The translations under genes were made by a program, and so were the position numbers. This document shows, in pieces, positions 28,542-41,287 of a stretch of DNA of 64,000 nt. The DNA lies in contig OX597828.1 in the NCBI GenBank assembly GCA_951406725.2, positions 6,076,001 through 6,140,000 on the forward strand. Direction: 5' to 3'. The stretch comes from Octopus vulgaris. Taxonomy: Eukaryota. Below the pieces are notes generated by a model that was given only the letters and a program-made list of their open reading frames with translations, made no database searches and was not told the DNA's origin. Positions within the stretch are counted from its first letter, which is position 1. Each line of letters begins with the position of its first letter.

Positions 28542-29379
28542 TAATAATAATAATAATAATAATATTTTTTAAAGATTAACGTAAAAGTTTTCACGATGGT
28601 ATATAGACAATGGAGAGAGGGCGACGCGACTTATAATAGACAGTTTATTTAACTGTTAGAATGATATTTCGTCTGATAGCTTGTCCTCTTCACGTTCAAA
28701 ATATAACATGAAAGCAACTGCAGAAATTCAAAATATAACCGAGGAGATCCTGCGTTCCTGTTTTAATAAAATATTTACTCAAACAGTTTTGCTTTATTGT
28801 GATGAAATTTACCTATCATTTATTAATTCCTCCAGGACGTGATATTAGTTATTCACAAATATATGTGTCCTCATAAACTTTGAGAACGGAAAGTGTTGTA
28901 AATTCAGAATAATTTCTGAGAATCTGCACCTTCAAATGGTCTTCGAAATTGCAGCCGCTTGTAAAATGTTCAGCAAATTGTGTCGAACTACTGTTATTGT
29001 ACTGTTCTATATTTAAGAACTGTTATTGTGCTATTACTTTTATCGTGTCTGATGTCATATCAGTGACTATTGAACCTTTTATTCAATTGTTCTGAGGAGC
29101 CAACATAAATCAAGTTGTATCTTGTGTATTTTGCTGCGTATACCAAATGGGAAACTTTACATCTCCCACCTTAACGTATAAATCATCATATTTCTCTTAC
29201 GATTCATGACTGAATTGACTTGATTCATGTTGTTGCACGATTCACACAGCTTACTTCTCTTGCAGCTGTTTTTACAAGGTACAGCGTTCAGAAACTCCAA
29301 TTGCATTTTTCTTTGAGGTAGAGGTTGTGGTTAATATTTCTCTTATATTTTTATTCCATCTAAAAGCTACAATAAGCGA

Positions 29380-29785
29380 CTCTCTCTTTACTTGTTTCAG
29401 TCATTTGACTGCGGCCATGCTGGAGCACCGCCTTTAGTTGAGCAAATCGACCCCAGGACTTATTCTTTGTAAGCCCAGTACTTATTCTATCGGTCTCTTT
29501 TGCCGAACCGCTAAGTGACGGGGACGTAAACACACCAGCATCGGTTGTCAAGCAATGCTAGGGGGACAAACACAGACACACAAACATATACACACACACA
29601 CTTATATATATAAATACATATATACGACAGGCTTCTTTCAGTTTCCGTCTACTAAATCCACTCACAAGGCATTGGTCGGCCCGGGGCTATAGTAGAAAAC
29701 ACTTGCCCAAGATGCCACGCAGTGGGACTGAACCCGGAACCATGTGGTTGGTTAGCAAGCTACTTACCACACAGCCACTCCTGCG
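29380..29785 (-). mobile_element. tRNA-derived SINE family B, full length (CORE-like CTTGGGCAAGT motif)
   Basis: Minus: CGCAGGAGTGGCTGTGTGGTAAG (A box), GGGTTCAGTCCC (B box), internal TA/TG tract, tail CAAATGACTGAAACAAGTAAAAGAG. Confidence 0.93.
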
Positions 29786-30253
29786 ACTGAGGAATTTTTT
29801 TTTTTTAAACAAGGATATGTTTCTGCAATATGTTGGTAACTTTCATGAAACCCTTTTGAAATGCCAGTGAAGATTCGGTGCCAGTTAATGACTAAAGGAA
29901 TTCTATCAGAACTTTTAGTTTGATTGTTAAAATTATGTGGGGAATTTTGACTTACCTTGCTTATTTTAGTTATGTCATTTGCGATTTTCTTTAATCGTGA
30001 TTCACAGTAACCGTGTTTAACATAACTGTGTACAAAAGCATTTGCATGTCTCCAGTAAAATTGTGACAGAGTTATTTTGCAATCCTATGTCAACCCACAT
30101 TTACCTTCACTGCCTCTTCGATCAATCACATTATATCATTCGGTGAAATCCGAATTCTCAGTTTTTGAGGGTAAAACGAATTTGTTCTAATAAAGAGGAA
30201 ATACTGGAAACATGCAAATATTTCTGCCAAATCTCCGCCTTAATTAATTCATT

Positions 30254-30255
<2 letters not shown>

Positions 30256-30319
<64 letters not shown>

Positions 30320-30393
30320 CAACAGCAACAATAATAATAATAATAGTATTAAACATAATAATGATAAAATAATAATAATAATAATAATAATAA

Positions 30394-30446
<53 letters not shown>
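30256..30446. repeat. (TAA)n array
   Basis: Direct observation. Confidence 0.95.
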
Positions 30447-30448
<2 letters not shown>

Positions 30449-30488
30449 TCTTTAAAGGAATGATGTACCTTTTTACAAAGGTGAACAT

Positions 30489-30701
30489 TCAAGACAAAGA
30501 GCGCAATTCGATTGTAATAGATATTTTATTAGTTGAACGATATTTCGACAGTAAGTCTGTCTTTATACTTTAAATTTGAATTTCTATAATTTTGAATTTT
30601 TATCACTTCTTATTTTGAAATCGACAAAGGCAGACTTACTGTCGAAATATCGTTCAACTAATAGAATATCGATTACGATCGAATCACGCTCTTCGTCTTG
30701 A
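30489..30701. repeat. Inverted repeat (~76-bp arms, ~60-bp spacer) with a hammerhead-like, Penelope-type terminal motif
   Basis: Arms 30489-30564 and 30626-30701 are reverse complements with few mismatches. Confidence 0.88.
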
Positions 30702-30773
30702 CTAATAATAATAATGATGATGATGATAATGATGATTTTGATAAAAATAATAACAATAATAATAATAATAATG

Positions 30774-30840
<67 letters not shown>

Positions 30841-30870
30841 TAATAACAACAACAACAACAAAACAACAAC

Positions 30871-30900
<30 letters not shown>

Positions 30901-30904
<4 letters not shown>

Positions 30905-31199
30905 GACCTGGAAATAGAGGTAACTAGAATGTGGAACCTGAAAACAGAAACAATTCCTATCATAGTAGGTGCATTAGGCATGATAAAAAAATATTCAGAC
31001 AAATACATAACAAAAACACCAGGACTTACAAACACATATAACATACAGAAAATTGCACTACTAGGCACTGCACACATCCTACGCAGAACACTTTCCATAC
31101 AATAACCATCAGAGCATCACAACAAATCACAGCACATACCCAAGGCACACAGAGCTGCGCTCGGTAGTGAAGTGAAAGCACACTATAAAAATAAAACTA

Positions 31200-31202
<3 letters not shown>
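30901..31202 (+). mobile_element. Young, heavily 5'-truncated R4/Dong-like LINE 3' end in (TAA)n
   Basis: Intact KDLEIEVTRMWNLKTETIPIIVGALG...QKIALLGTAHILRRTLSIQ* (stop 31105), ~95-nt 3' UTR, (TAA)n on both sides. Confidence 0.92.
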
Positions 31203-31268
<66 letters not shown>

Positions 31269-31275
31269 AATAATA

Positions 31276-31832
31276 AATGCCCTGATGCAGTACTAGGCAG
31301 TGGCTCACATGGCTTCTGATCTTAACTGGTTGGAAGCATTATCATGTACATTGTTTTGTCTTGGTATAAAAGATGGGCTATAGCAAATATTCTGCTCAAT
31401 ACCACAGATTTGCTTGTCAGTTGTTTGACCATAACCATTTGAGCATGTCCCTTAGTGGCTGACGGTATGTGCATCTCTGATCACGAGCAGATATACTGGG
31501 GGAGTATCATAGCCATGTGTTGCGAGGGATTCTTTGGGGTTTGAATAATTCACGTCCTGAAACATGGATGTTTCGTTCAACATCCTTAAACAACCCTTAT
31601 GCAGGGACCTTTTGAGTGGGATGGGCTACTCGACCAGACGAAAATTCTAACAGGGCCCCACCTGCAAGGTCATGTGCTGTTTATCTGGATATGAGCTCAT
31701 CTTGTCGCGCACATATGGTTGTGATGCATGTGCCTGGTGTACCCTTATCAGACGGGTAGTCATGATGGTTATACTGGGTTTCGTATATTTCACCCTAGTG
31801 TCAATTTGATGGCATGCACTGCTCTCTCACTC
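31276..31832 (+). mobile_element. Family E non-coding retro-sequence, longest copy (~557 bp), in (TAA)n
   Basis: Shares its 3' end with the 14463 and 31894 copies; no recognisable coding motif or Pol III boxes. Confidence 0.85.
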
Positions 31833-31851
31833 AATAATAATAATAATAATG

Positions 31852-31893
<42 letters not shown>

Positions 31894-31967
31894 TTCATGA
31901 TATGTATACTGGGCTTCGTATAATTTACCCCAGTGTCACTTTGGTGGCATGCACTTTTCTTTCACTC
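31894..31967 (+). mobile_element. Family E, 75-bp 3' stub
   Basis: TATACTGGGCTTCGTATA...GGCATGCACTTTTCTTTCACTC plus (AAT)n. Confidence 0.8.
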
Positions 31968-31991
31968 AATAATAATAATAATGATAATATT

Positions 31992-33448
31992 TGATTTTCC
32001 TCTAGCATACTGTTACTCAAGCGGTTCTTAATAAATTTTCTCCACTGTTACTCATATAGGAGGTTATATCTATCCTAGCCAACTCCAAGCACTCTTCTAC
32101 TGATATTAACCCTTTTCCACCTTCCTTTCTATGTAAGTATAATCTTGCTAATCCTGCTCTTGGGCGAAGTCCTCTAGTCCTATTGAAGTCCTTCCTAGTT
32201 CTGCTTAGATCTTCTAAATCAGATTTTGTCCAGTCTACAAAATCTACTGCATATCTAATTAACAATACTGCCCAAGTATTTACAGCCTTCACTAGATTCG
32301 GACCATTTATCTTTCACTTCATTAACTCTTTACCCGTCTGATGTACTCCTTAATGTTCTCTTTCATTTCTGTAGTTAGAGCTCTGTCAGATTCTAATACT
32401 CGTAGATGCTTATAATTTTCTTCTTCCGCAGTAATTGTAATGTATGGCCGTCTAGTAGTAGAATGCCTTCCCTGCTGACTATTTCTCTCTTTATGACTAA
32501 TGTTGCGTAATTAACGATGCCAAATTCCATACCTGCATCCTTGATGAAGTGTCTTACATTTTGTATCAAAGAATCTACCTCAGCTTATTCTGAAGTGATA
32601 CTTCTCGCCTTTGCGCTTCTTAATACTAAACCCTGGGCGATAAAACATAACACAAATATCAAAGATTATAACGAGTCTTCTGAAAACGTTCCTCTCTTCA
32701 TATCAACTATCCCTAAGGCTGTATCACCTGAGTAGAGATCTACTTTCCATGTCTTCATTTTATAGCTGATTGACTTTCTTATGTTGTCTGCAATACTAAA
32801 TATTCTCAAACATTCACTTATACAAGCGTGTAGAATCATACCATAGGCTTTCTTATAATGTATCCATACTGTTACTAATTTTTATTTCTATATTTCACTG
32901 CTTTTATAGCTGCTTTGTCTATGTACATAGATCATGAGTTCATCTGGCATTTTTCTTGCAACCTTTCTCTTCTTCTAGAAGTAAATTCTGGCTATCAAGC
33001 TGCTCGTAAATGCTTTCTTAGAGCAGCTTCCACGCTGATGGTAAGCAATTGATTGGTCTACAATTGCTGGCTATATTAAACTTGCTTTTGTCTTTCATAT
33101 GGGATGCTTTTCCCCTTCTAGTCATCCAATTAGGTATGGCTCCATCATTCAGGCAAACCTAAAGTTGGTTTCTCAGTCTCCCATGTAAGCAATTAAATTT
33201 CTTTTGGTCATGGGCCCTTCCAATTTGACGGATTGCGTAACACTTTTTTCCTAACACTTTACTCATTAATGCACTTGTAAGTTTTAGATGTCTTCTACCC
33301 ACTACCTACTTCTTCCGTCCCTTTTTTTAACTGTGGTGCATCCCCATATGGTCAGCTGGTTTATATGAAGTGTCACTTCGGGACTTTCTAGATTTTTCAA
33401 TAGTAGTTCCTTTGTAGCTCATCCGCAGGGTCTTTCAAAGTAGCAACG

Positions 33449-33450
<2 letters not shown>
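31992..33450 (-). mobile_element. R4/Dong-like LINE RT domain, degraded
   Basis: SNCRPINCLPSAWKL, EEKGCKK, VWIHYKKAYGMI, KRGTFSEDSL, AVNTWAV, PRAGLARLYLHRKEGGKGLISVE. Confidence 0.88.
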
Positions 33451-33495
<45 letters not shown>

Positions 33496-33500
33496 TTAAT

Positions 33501-33543
<43 letters not shown>

Positions 33544-33548
33544 GTAGC

Positions 33549-33607
<59 letters not shown>

Positions 33608-33664
33608 TTGCAGTAGTAGTAGTAGTAGTGGTAGTTGCAGTAGTAGTAGTAGTAGTAATAGTAA

Positions 33665-33760
<96 letters not shown>
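33451..33760. repeat. (TAA)n-(TAG)n-(TAC)n-(TAA)n compound array
   Basis: Direct observation. Confidence 0.95.
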
Positions 33761-33761
<1 letters not shown>

Positions 33762-35519
33762 TGACGGACCGAGACGTACACGATCTGAGCTATTCCAGGC
33801 AGATGTATGAGGCCTTTCGCCAGCACTTTACTCGGTTGTTCGGAGAGAGTGACTGGGTGAAGATGGTGGAAGACTTCAATCCCTACCTCGAAAGCTTGCT
33901 GCGTCTCTCGACGGCTGAGTAGGGCGCTTTGAAAGACAGATAACATCAGCAGAAATTCAGGATAGCATGGTCCGCTGCACGAGCTGCAAGTCACCCAGTT
34001 TAGATGGTCTGCCCAATGAACTCTACGATAATATGCCAGGCTTGTTCTTCGATCTTCTGGAAACGCTCTACTGCAACTGGCAGCAGAGCAGGAATATTCC
34101 CAGTTCTGTGAATCAGGGCATAGTGATACTAATTAGGAAAGACGAAAATAAGATAACTTCAGACCCATAGCTCTCCTTAACTCAGAGTTTAGGATTTTGG
34201 CCAAGGTATTAGCAAAGAGTTGGTTCTTGTCATCGAGGATTTGGTTGGGGTAGCCCAAACCTGCGCAATCCCGACTAGGTCCATACACGAAAGCCTCCTC
34301 TTCATGCAATACATCATAGAACGGGTAGGGTCCAAACCTGGTTTCGGTAGGGCGCTGATCAATATAGATCAATCGAAAACATTCCTTGGGGTCGACTATC
34401 TATATCTAGAGGCTGTCCTCAAAACGACTGGCTTCGGCCCCGTCTTCAGAGTATAGATCGCTGCAATGCACACCGGCATCTGCTCGGTGGTGAAAGTTAA
34501 TGGCCACCTCTCGGAACCGTTTCAGATTTCCCGATCGGTCCGTCAAGAGTGCCTCCTCACCTCACTTTTGTACGTATTGACACTTGAGCCTTTACTGTCG
34601 AAAGCAGTCTCCCTGTGTTGGCATATGCAGACGACATCACCGTGATGTTGTCGGACACCTCAGAAATCGAGGTAGTCGGCAAATCATTAGAGGAATATGA
34701 GGATTTGGCAGAAGCAAAACTTAACCCGGAAAAGTCGGTGGGCTTGCAAATCGGCATCTGGAGAGGCAAGTCTATACCATCCAATAGCGTCGTTAGACGC
34801 TGGACGGACGGACCGGTAAAGCTGCTTGAGGTTTGGTTTAGACCAGACTTCCAGGTGGATAAGAATTGGGGCGAGGTGACTAGCGTTGTAGTCAGTCTCA
34901 TCCATGAACGGGCTGGGAGGAAGCTATCACTGAATGGTTGGGCGGAGGTGACAAATGCTTACATCGCGTCCGTCATCTACAACTACTTAACCGTCGTGCC
35001 TTGCCCATGATCGCGCCTCGCCAAGTTGGATACCCCTCCTATTCAAATTCTTGTGCAGGGGACAGGCTCCATTGGTGAGGTTGTCCATCTGCTGCCATCT
35101 GCTTAACGCGGAGGGCTGGGCATGCCGTGGCTTATAATGCGCAGACATACGCTGAGGCTGCAGCCTCTCCAGATATAAACAGTGAACAGGTGTGGTCACC
35201 GTTTATCAGACAGGCCTTTCCAGAGCTCGTCTCCTTCACTGAGCTAGGTCAAGGAGAGGCCGAGGCAGGGTAACTGGCATCTGGAATATTGCCAGGAACT
35301 CACTGTCCTCTACCAATCGATCAGGTAATGCGATCAGTGGAACATCCATCTCCGGGTGGTTACTCCCCACCTTGGATAATTTTCATTGTTATATTCCAAA
35401 AGCTGGATGTCATTGCTATTGTTTTAATTGTGTACTCGTTGTTTGTGTAAAATTCCCACTGTCTACGTCTACTGTATTGTCCCCTATATGTCGGCCCTAC
35501 TGGCCAATAAAGGAAATAG
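33762..35519 (+). mobile_element. Tx1/L1-clade LINE ORF2 RT region with a probable 3' UTR, degraded
   Basis: KSPSLDGLPNELY, NFRPIALLNSEFRILAKVLA, QTCAIPTRSI, IDQSKTF, VNGHLSEPF.ISRSVRQ, AYADDITV, KLNPEKS, RKLSLNG; GC-richer than the flanks; ends AATAAAGGAAATAG then (TAA)n. Confidence 0.9.
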
Positions 35520-35539
35520 TAATAATAATAATAATAATA

Positions 35540-35629
<90 letters not shown>

Positions 35630-36796
35630 ATTATTATCATCATCATCATTATTATTATCTGCTGTCTATGTTTGATGTGTTATTTGAATTACTTACCGGC
35701 CTGAAGTATTTTACTACTGGAAAAAGTGTTTTCTAAGACTTGCTAGTATACATATAACTTTGGATAATTTGGCGTTTATCCATACAGGCTTTGGACAAAG
35801 AAACATAAGATTTGCCATCTTTTTCATACATATCTTTTTTTCTTCCTCACCTTGCATAGCGTTGAAAATGGCTCTCGAAAATATCGAGCAACTGAACCAA
35901 AAGGAAATTCACAATGAAGAAAATGACGCCGTTTCTAAACAGAAACAAACAAATATAAGGAGAGTAATTTAATTGTAGGCCAAGATATTAGTGTTGAACA
36001 TGAACTAAACAAAAACATTTTGAAGAGACAAAAATATTAGCTCAAGTGGAATGTTATCCACATCATAAGCGACACTAACACAACCACACTATGCAGAAGG
36101 AGAACATTATCCTTGTTAATGGCCTCTTCGCTAGCGTAGTAAAAACCATGAAACGTTTCAATATGAATGTTTTCCTCGGTGTAAAATTTGATAATGTGGG
36201 GAGATGGCACGAAGAACAGTTTCTATTTCTCTTTGTCTATATACATATATATCTTTATCGGTCTCTGGCTCTACTTCACGCATGCATCCAGGAGTGAGGA
36301 AAATACTTTTCTATCTCTTTCTTCAAAATAAAAGCGGAATTCAAATACCATCGAAACAATAGCTGAGAGACTCTCTATCCGATGTGTGGGAAACATCGTC
36401 ACTTCTGAACCAGCTGCAGCAGCTGCAACAACAGCACCATCAGCTACAGCAGCAACAACAACATCAACAACAGCAACTGTAACAAAGGCAAGAAAATGTA
36501 AAAAGTTGGCAGTGTCACATCCACTATTACCACCACTGCAAACCGAACAACCATCACTAAAATATGCAATGTTGACAAAAATAAGAACAAGAAGCACACC
36601 AACCACAAGAGCAGCAGCAGCAGCAGAACCAGCAGAAACAAGAACAAAGCTATCAATAAAATAAATAAAAGGTAGGGAAGGCAGCAGCAACACTGATAAT
36701 GAAAAAGGTGAATACAATAAAATTCAGACCAACAACAATAAGACCCACTCAATACTACAAGCACTATCAGTTTTAACATTAAAACATTTGTTTAAT

Positions 36797-36967
36797 AATC
36801 CTTTCTTCTATAGGCACAAGGCTTTCCATTTGGCGGGATGGGGCAAGTCGATTATATCGAGCCCCTCGACCACGAAAAGATAAAAGGCGGAGTCGACCTC
36901 GCCCCTGTTCGAAATCACAACGTAAAGGCGGCCGAAATGCTAATGATTATGTCAGCTCGCTGCCCCT
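36797..36967 (-). mobile_element. SINE family A, degraded (GTGCCTATAGAAGAAAGGATT tail type)
   Basis: ATAGGCACAAGGC...GTCGATTATATCGA...GTCGACCTC...CAGCTCGC. Confidence 0.75.
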
Positions 36968-38002
36968 CATCAATAAAATTTAACAGGTGAAACTATGATC
37001 ATGATGTTGATAATAGTAATAATGATTATATTAATAGCAATATCGGTTTTATTGTTACCAATGAGACTACGATTAACAATGTTATTTCGCAGGTATGTCA
37101 TTTCAGGTCAGTGTATTAGTGCAATGACAGTAAATTTAACACCTGCACAAGAATTCGACAAGAGTTTGAAGCAGGTGATCAAGAAGAAACTAACGATGTT
37201 ACTGCGAGAGCATCTTACTTACAACACACTCAAATGACTACTATGAATTGTAGGTATAAATTTATGTGACAGCCACTAATGTACTAACATGGATTGAGAG
37301 ACACTATCGCCACCTAACATAGAAAAGGAAATAGCAAAAATACATTTTGTAACAGATTAATATTACTCAGATACACGTTGTCCTACACGATAGCACACTG
37401 AAAACAACAGTCACTTCGATAATATGTAATATATTGTTGTAAAAGACAAGCAAAAGATAGAAAATTCCTGCAGAATATTAATAGACTAATAAAAGTATAT
37501 AATCCTTATAGAAAAATTAACAAAAGTATTACAGTTTTATGATTTAAGACAACATAAACGATGAACAACCATGAGTGAAAATACATGAATGTATCAAACA
37601 AAAGAGATCTGCTGAAAATTATATATTAGAAAGATATCTCAATAAAAATTAGAAGAAAGCAATACAGTGAAAACAACTCAGAAATATTCTGTATGACAAA
37701 AGGTGGTTACAAGAGAGAATTTAAGAAGATTCCGACTAAAGAAACATTAGCAACAATAAAGGCTTTTAAAATGCAACACCAATAGAAACTGAAACATTTC
37801 GCCGAAACATTTGAGTTTTGCTTAAACCTGTTTCGGCAGCTGGCCTTGAAACACCCCTTGGGGCTATCGTTTCGCATACTCACACGGCTCTGCGAGGTTA
37901 TAGCTATCTTCAAAACAATCTTCAGCAATATAGGCCAAACGCCTAGATACCTACTTACTGGCAGCACAAAACAAATTATCCTCAACAATCTAACCACTAA
38001 AT

Positions 38003-38217
38003 ATTGGTTTCAAATTGTGGCACAGGGTCAGCAATTTCAAGGGTGGAGTAAGTCGATTACATCGACCCCAGTGCTAGGCTGGTAATTATTTTACTGACTC
38101 CAAAAGGATGGAAGGTAAAGTCGACCTCAGTTGAATTTCAACTCAGAACCTGAAGACAGACGAAATGTCGCTAAGCATTTTGTCTGGCTTGCTAACAATT
38201 CTACTACCACGCCGTTT
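38003..38217 (-). mobile_element. SINE family A
   Basis: AAGTCGATTACATCGACCCCAGT...AAAGTCGACCTC...CTCAGAAC...GCTAAGCATT. Confidence 0.85.
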
Positions 38218-38580
38218 CTTTTATCCGGTAAATATTGGCACAATTCTTGTCCACCTGTAATTTATAAATCACTGATCTGAGGCTCCGTTCACTGATCTGA
38301 ACCTCGTCTACTGGATTGAATATGTAGTATACGATCATAAGTCCTTCATCGCAGAATCATCAGCAAGCGTTAGGATAGTGGGGTCATAGAGGTCTGACTT
38401 GCCATATAGGCAAACAGGCATGTTTCACAGCTATACATCACTTCTCAATTTCACGACAGAATGGACTTCGTTAAAACAACAATAAAGAATTATTAGACAG
38501 TTTTACAGTTACTAACATGCCAAGGACTCACACATTTCAGTTCTTTGTGTGCTTGGCTCCTAGCTGTTAATTAATAAAAA

Positions 38581-39080
38581 CTAGCACTATGACCCGGCGT
38601 TGCCGGGTCTAGTGCTGGTGCTTGTTGTTCGTTGCCGGGTCGCAGTTAAAATTTCTCACTAAAATCAAGGGCTAAGTTTCTTATCGCATTTCAGTCTGGG
38701 CCAGTTTTGTTGTTTATGAGCTAGTTGGAGCTTTTTATGCGAGTAATTAATATTCATTGGACTTCGGTTTTCACACCTGGTACGGCATAATCATGGAAAA
38801 TTAGCGGGACTGTGCACATGCCATTAGTCGGACAAAAAAGGAGGCAGAAGAAAGCGAAAAACTCGAATTTAGCCGCAAAATAACATATGGGCATAAGGGG
38901 TCGGTTTATCGATTTTTCAATGGCTTTCTGTGGTGACTGGGAAAATGAAAAGATCTTCACGACCACCCTCAGACGGTTTTGAAAGCCCATAGAAAATGCG
39001 AGCGTTTTACGTGAAGAACTGTGAATTTGTATAAAGGACACACAGATACTCAGACATTTTGCCGCTTATAGATATAGAGA
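38581..39080 (-). mobile_element. Non-autonomous Helitron (500 bp)
   Basis: Minus strand A|TCTCTATATC ... GACCCGG-CAACG-CCGGGTC hairpin ... GCTAG|T: canonical TC/CTRR ends, AT target, no TSD. Confidence 0.88.
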
Positions 39081-40179
39081 TATTCCTAATTTAAATACAA
39101 AGGAGGAGAATCAACAGTATTTACTAACTTGTCTATAGGGAATACCTATACTCAGTAACCTCAGTATTAAAAGCAACTAAGCATGCATATTACGATTTAT
39201 TTTGGATGATAGAAATAACGGAAACTGACAATAAAACAAAGCAGATTGTTTAAAATTCTAGAGAGAGAGCGTGTATTCCACATTATTTTTGCTACGAAAT
39301 GTTTAACAGATGCGCTTTCTTAACTGTACTATCAGTCTCTTGGCCCGTATATCTGCAGCTACAATAGATCACTGCTCCTGAATTATCATGTGACTTTGAA
39401 GGGTGAATATGATCCGCAATCCATCAGAAGTCATTCGTCTTTCCCCGTGTTATATCTTGCTCTTGTATCGAACTGAAACGAATTACAAAATATAAACGAG
39501 TATTTATCTCTCGAAAACTCTCCTTGGAATTTTATCACCTAATCCAAATGACACTACCATACACCGTGCTTTGCTCGATCTATAAGATTCTTCCGTTTAT
39601 ACTTGATGGATGCTTCTTTAGTTAATTTTTTAATGCATACATAATACATCTTTTTTATGAGGCTGGGCTATATCAATCCCCTCATTGTCCACCTCATTGT
39701 TCAATTTGAGGAATGTTACGTGTACAAGGTATCTGAATCCCATATTTGTCTTGCTCCATTGACCACGAATATAATTATAATGGTCATTTTGGCAGCAACA
39801 TTTTTAATGCTGGTCACTGCTGTAATCAATCTTGCTGGTAAGCACGTCGTCAAAATCATATAAAAGCTTAATAAACATCATTAATATTTGTTTCGAAATG
39901 TTACACATTCTTTTATAATGATTTTCTCTATTGTAATTACCCGTGCATTTGTGCGCACGCGAGTATTTTCTGTACTTTCCGTGCCGTTAAAAAGGTTTTG
40001 TTTGTTTCAGGAGGCATTTCTCTAACTTGTACGTTGAATATCAACAAGCAAGCGCATGTGCAAACAATTTTTTTTTCTGTCAACGAATCACAAAATATAA
40101 GCTACGTTAATGCAGATACACTAATTTCATTCGTTTCCAATATGCTGACAAAGAAAATTTAATTCTGGAAAAGACCGCA

Positions 40180-40830
40180 AAAATTTATCAGCGCCTCTGT
40201 TCTCCCTCACTTGATCTCCTTCTGCTCTAGAATTCTTCTTCGCTATATCTTGACTTAGCGTTATTGACACTTGCCCTTTCCAAGACTAGCCACAATCGGT
40301 TGTTGAGGTTATCCTCGTCAACCTCCTTATCACAATGAACTTGGCACGCTGAGGAAGACAAGTTCGGCTTCCAGCAACCGGGATCCTGCCTATTCACCCT
40401 AACTTGGTCGACAAATCACAAATTTTGTTTGGTGTAGTCGACCGATTGCAATTGTGGGCACTCAAGGCTATTCTTATCTGCTGATCTAGAGAATACTCTT
40501 TCACCTAGACCCACACATTCCAAACGTGCGTCGAAGGCAGGCTTCTAATCGCCTACTAATACTAAAGAGCAGTACGTTTAAAGGGAAACCTTTTGACGAC
40601 TGAAGAAATTTGACATGAAAGTACTCCCTTTACAGCCGTACACATCCAGGATAAATGTACCGTCGAGAGTACCCCAGTTCATAATCCTCTAACACTGCCA
40701 CTCTGTCTTTCATTCTAGGTTGGCTCAAAGCTGTGTAAAGCTCAAAGCATTCAGAAATGGATTTTCTGATCGTTATCACACGCATAGCTAGTGACCTCAT
40801 GCCATTGAGCAGGTATCTCTGCATCCAGAG
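40180..40830 (-). mobile_element. Highly degraded Tx1/L1-type apurinic-endonuclease region
   Basis: LVLVGD*KPAFDARLECVG (GDxN motif), ECPQLQSVDYT, RQDPGCWKPN (G.WKLN motif), NNRLW. Confidence 0.65.
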
Positions 40831-41287
40831 TTACTCAAGGTCATATTCATTTTGATAACCCTCTCTTAAAGCGGCAATATTGTTAGGAAAGAACAGAAGA
40901 AAATGATATCACCTATCTTGATGAATTTTCTTTGTGTCAAACTCACTTCTCAGTGTGGTTTTCAATAGGAAAACAATGAGGTAGACTGTTCCAGGCTGAA
41001 ATGATGGGGTTCACAGCGTCATGTTGTAAACTTATTTTCCTTCCTCGGTTAATTCGCAGTAAATACGAATTTCACTTCTCAAGAACCTCCACTCTGCTTT
41101 CATTGAAAGTCCTTACCTCTGTCCTCGTCTTCACTCTGTGCTATGTAAGGTAGTATTTCTTTGTTCATTATTTTTAATATCACAAAGTTCAAAGGAAGCC
41201 CAATTTGTTGTTGCTATTGTGGGTGGAGTGTATTTAGATGTTGTTGTTTTGTGCTTAGTTCCTTTACATTATTTATTTATCTTACTT

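Noticed and set aside
35860-36230. Possible piggyBac-like N-terminal remnant
   Set aside because: Only vague similarity; no TIR/TTAA ends or catalytic motifs
36386-36664. Ala/Thr-rich ORF (also 54111-54296)
   Set aside because: Degenerate (CAG/CAA)n low-complexity sequence with no ATG or splice support
37790-37940. Cluster of CTGAAGA/TTGAAGA and three CGAAA words on the minus strand
   Set aside because: Could not build a consistent hammerhead with a valid stem III and NUH; possibly a Penelope relic but unsupported
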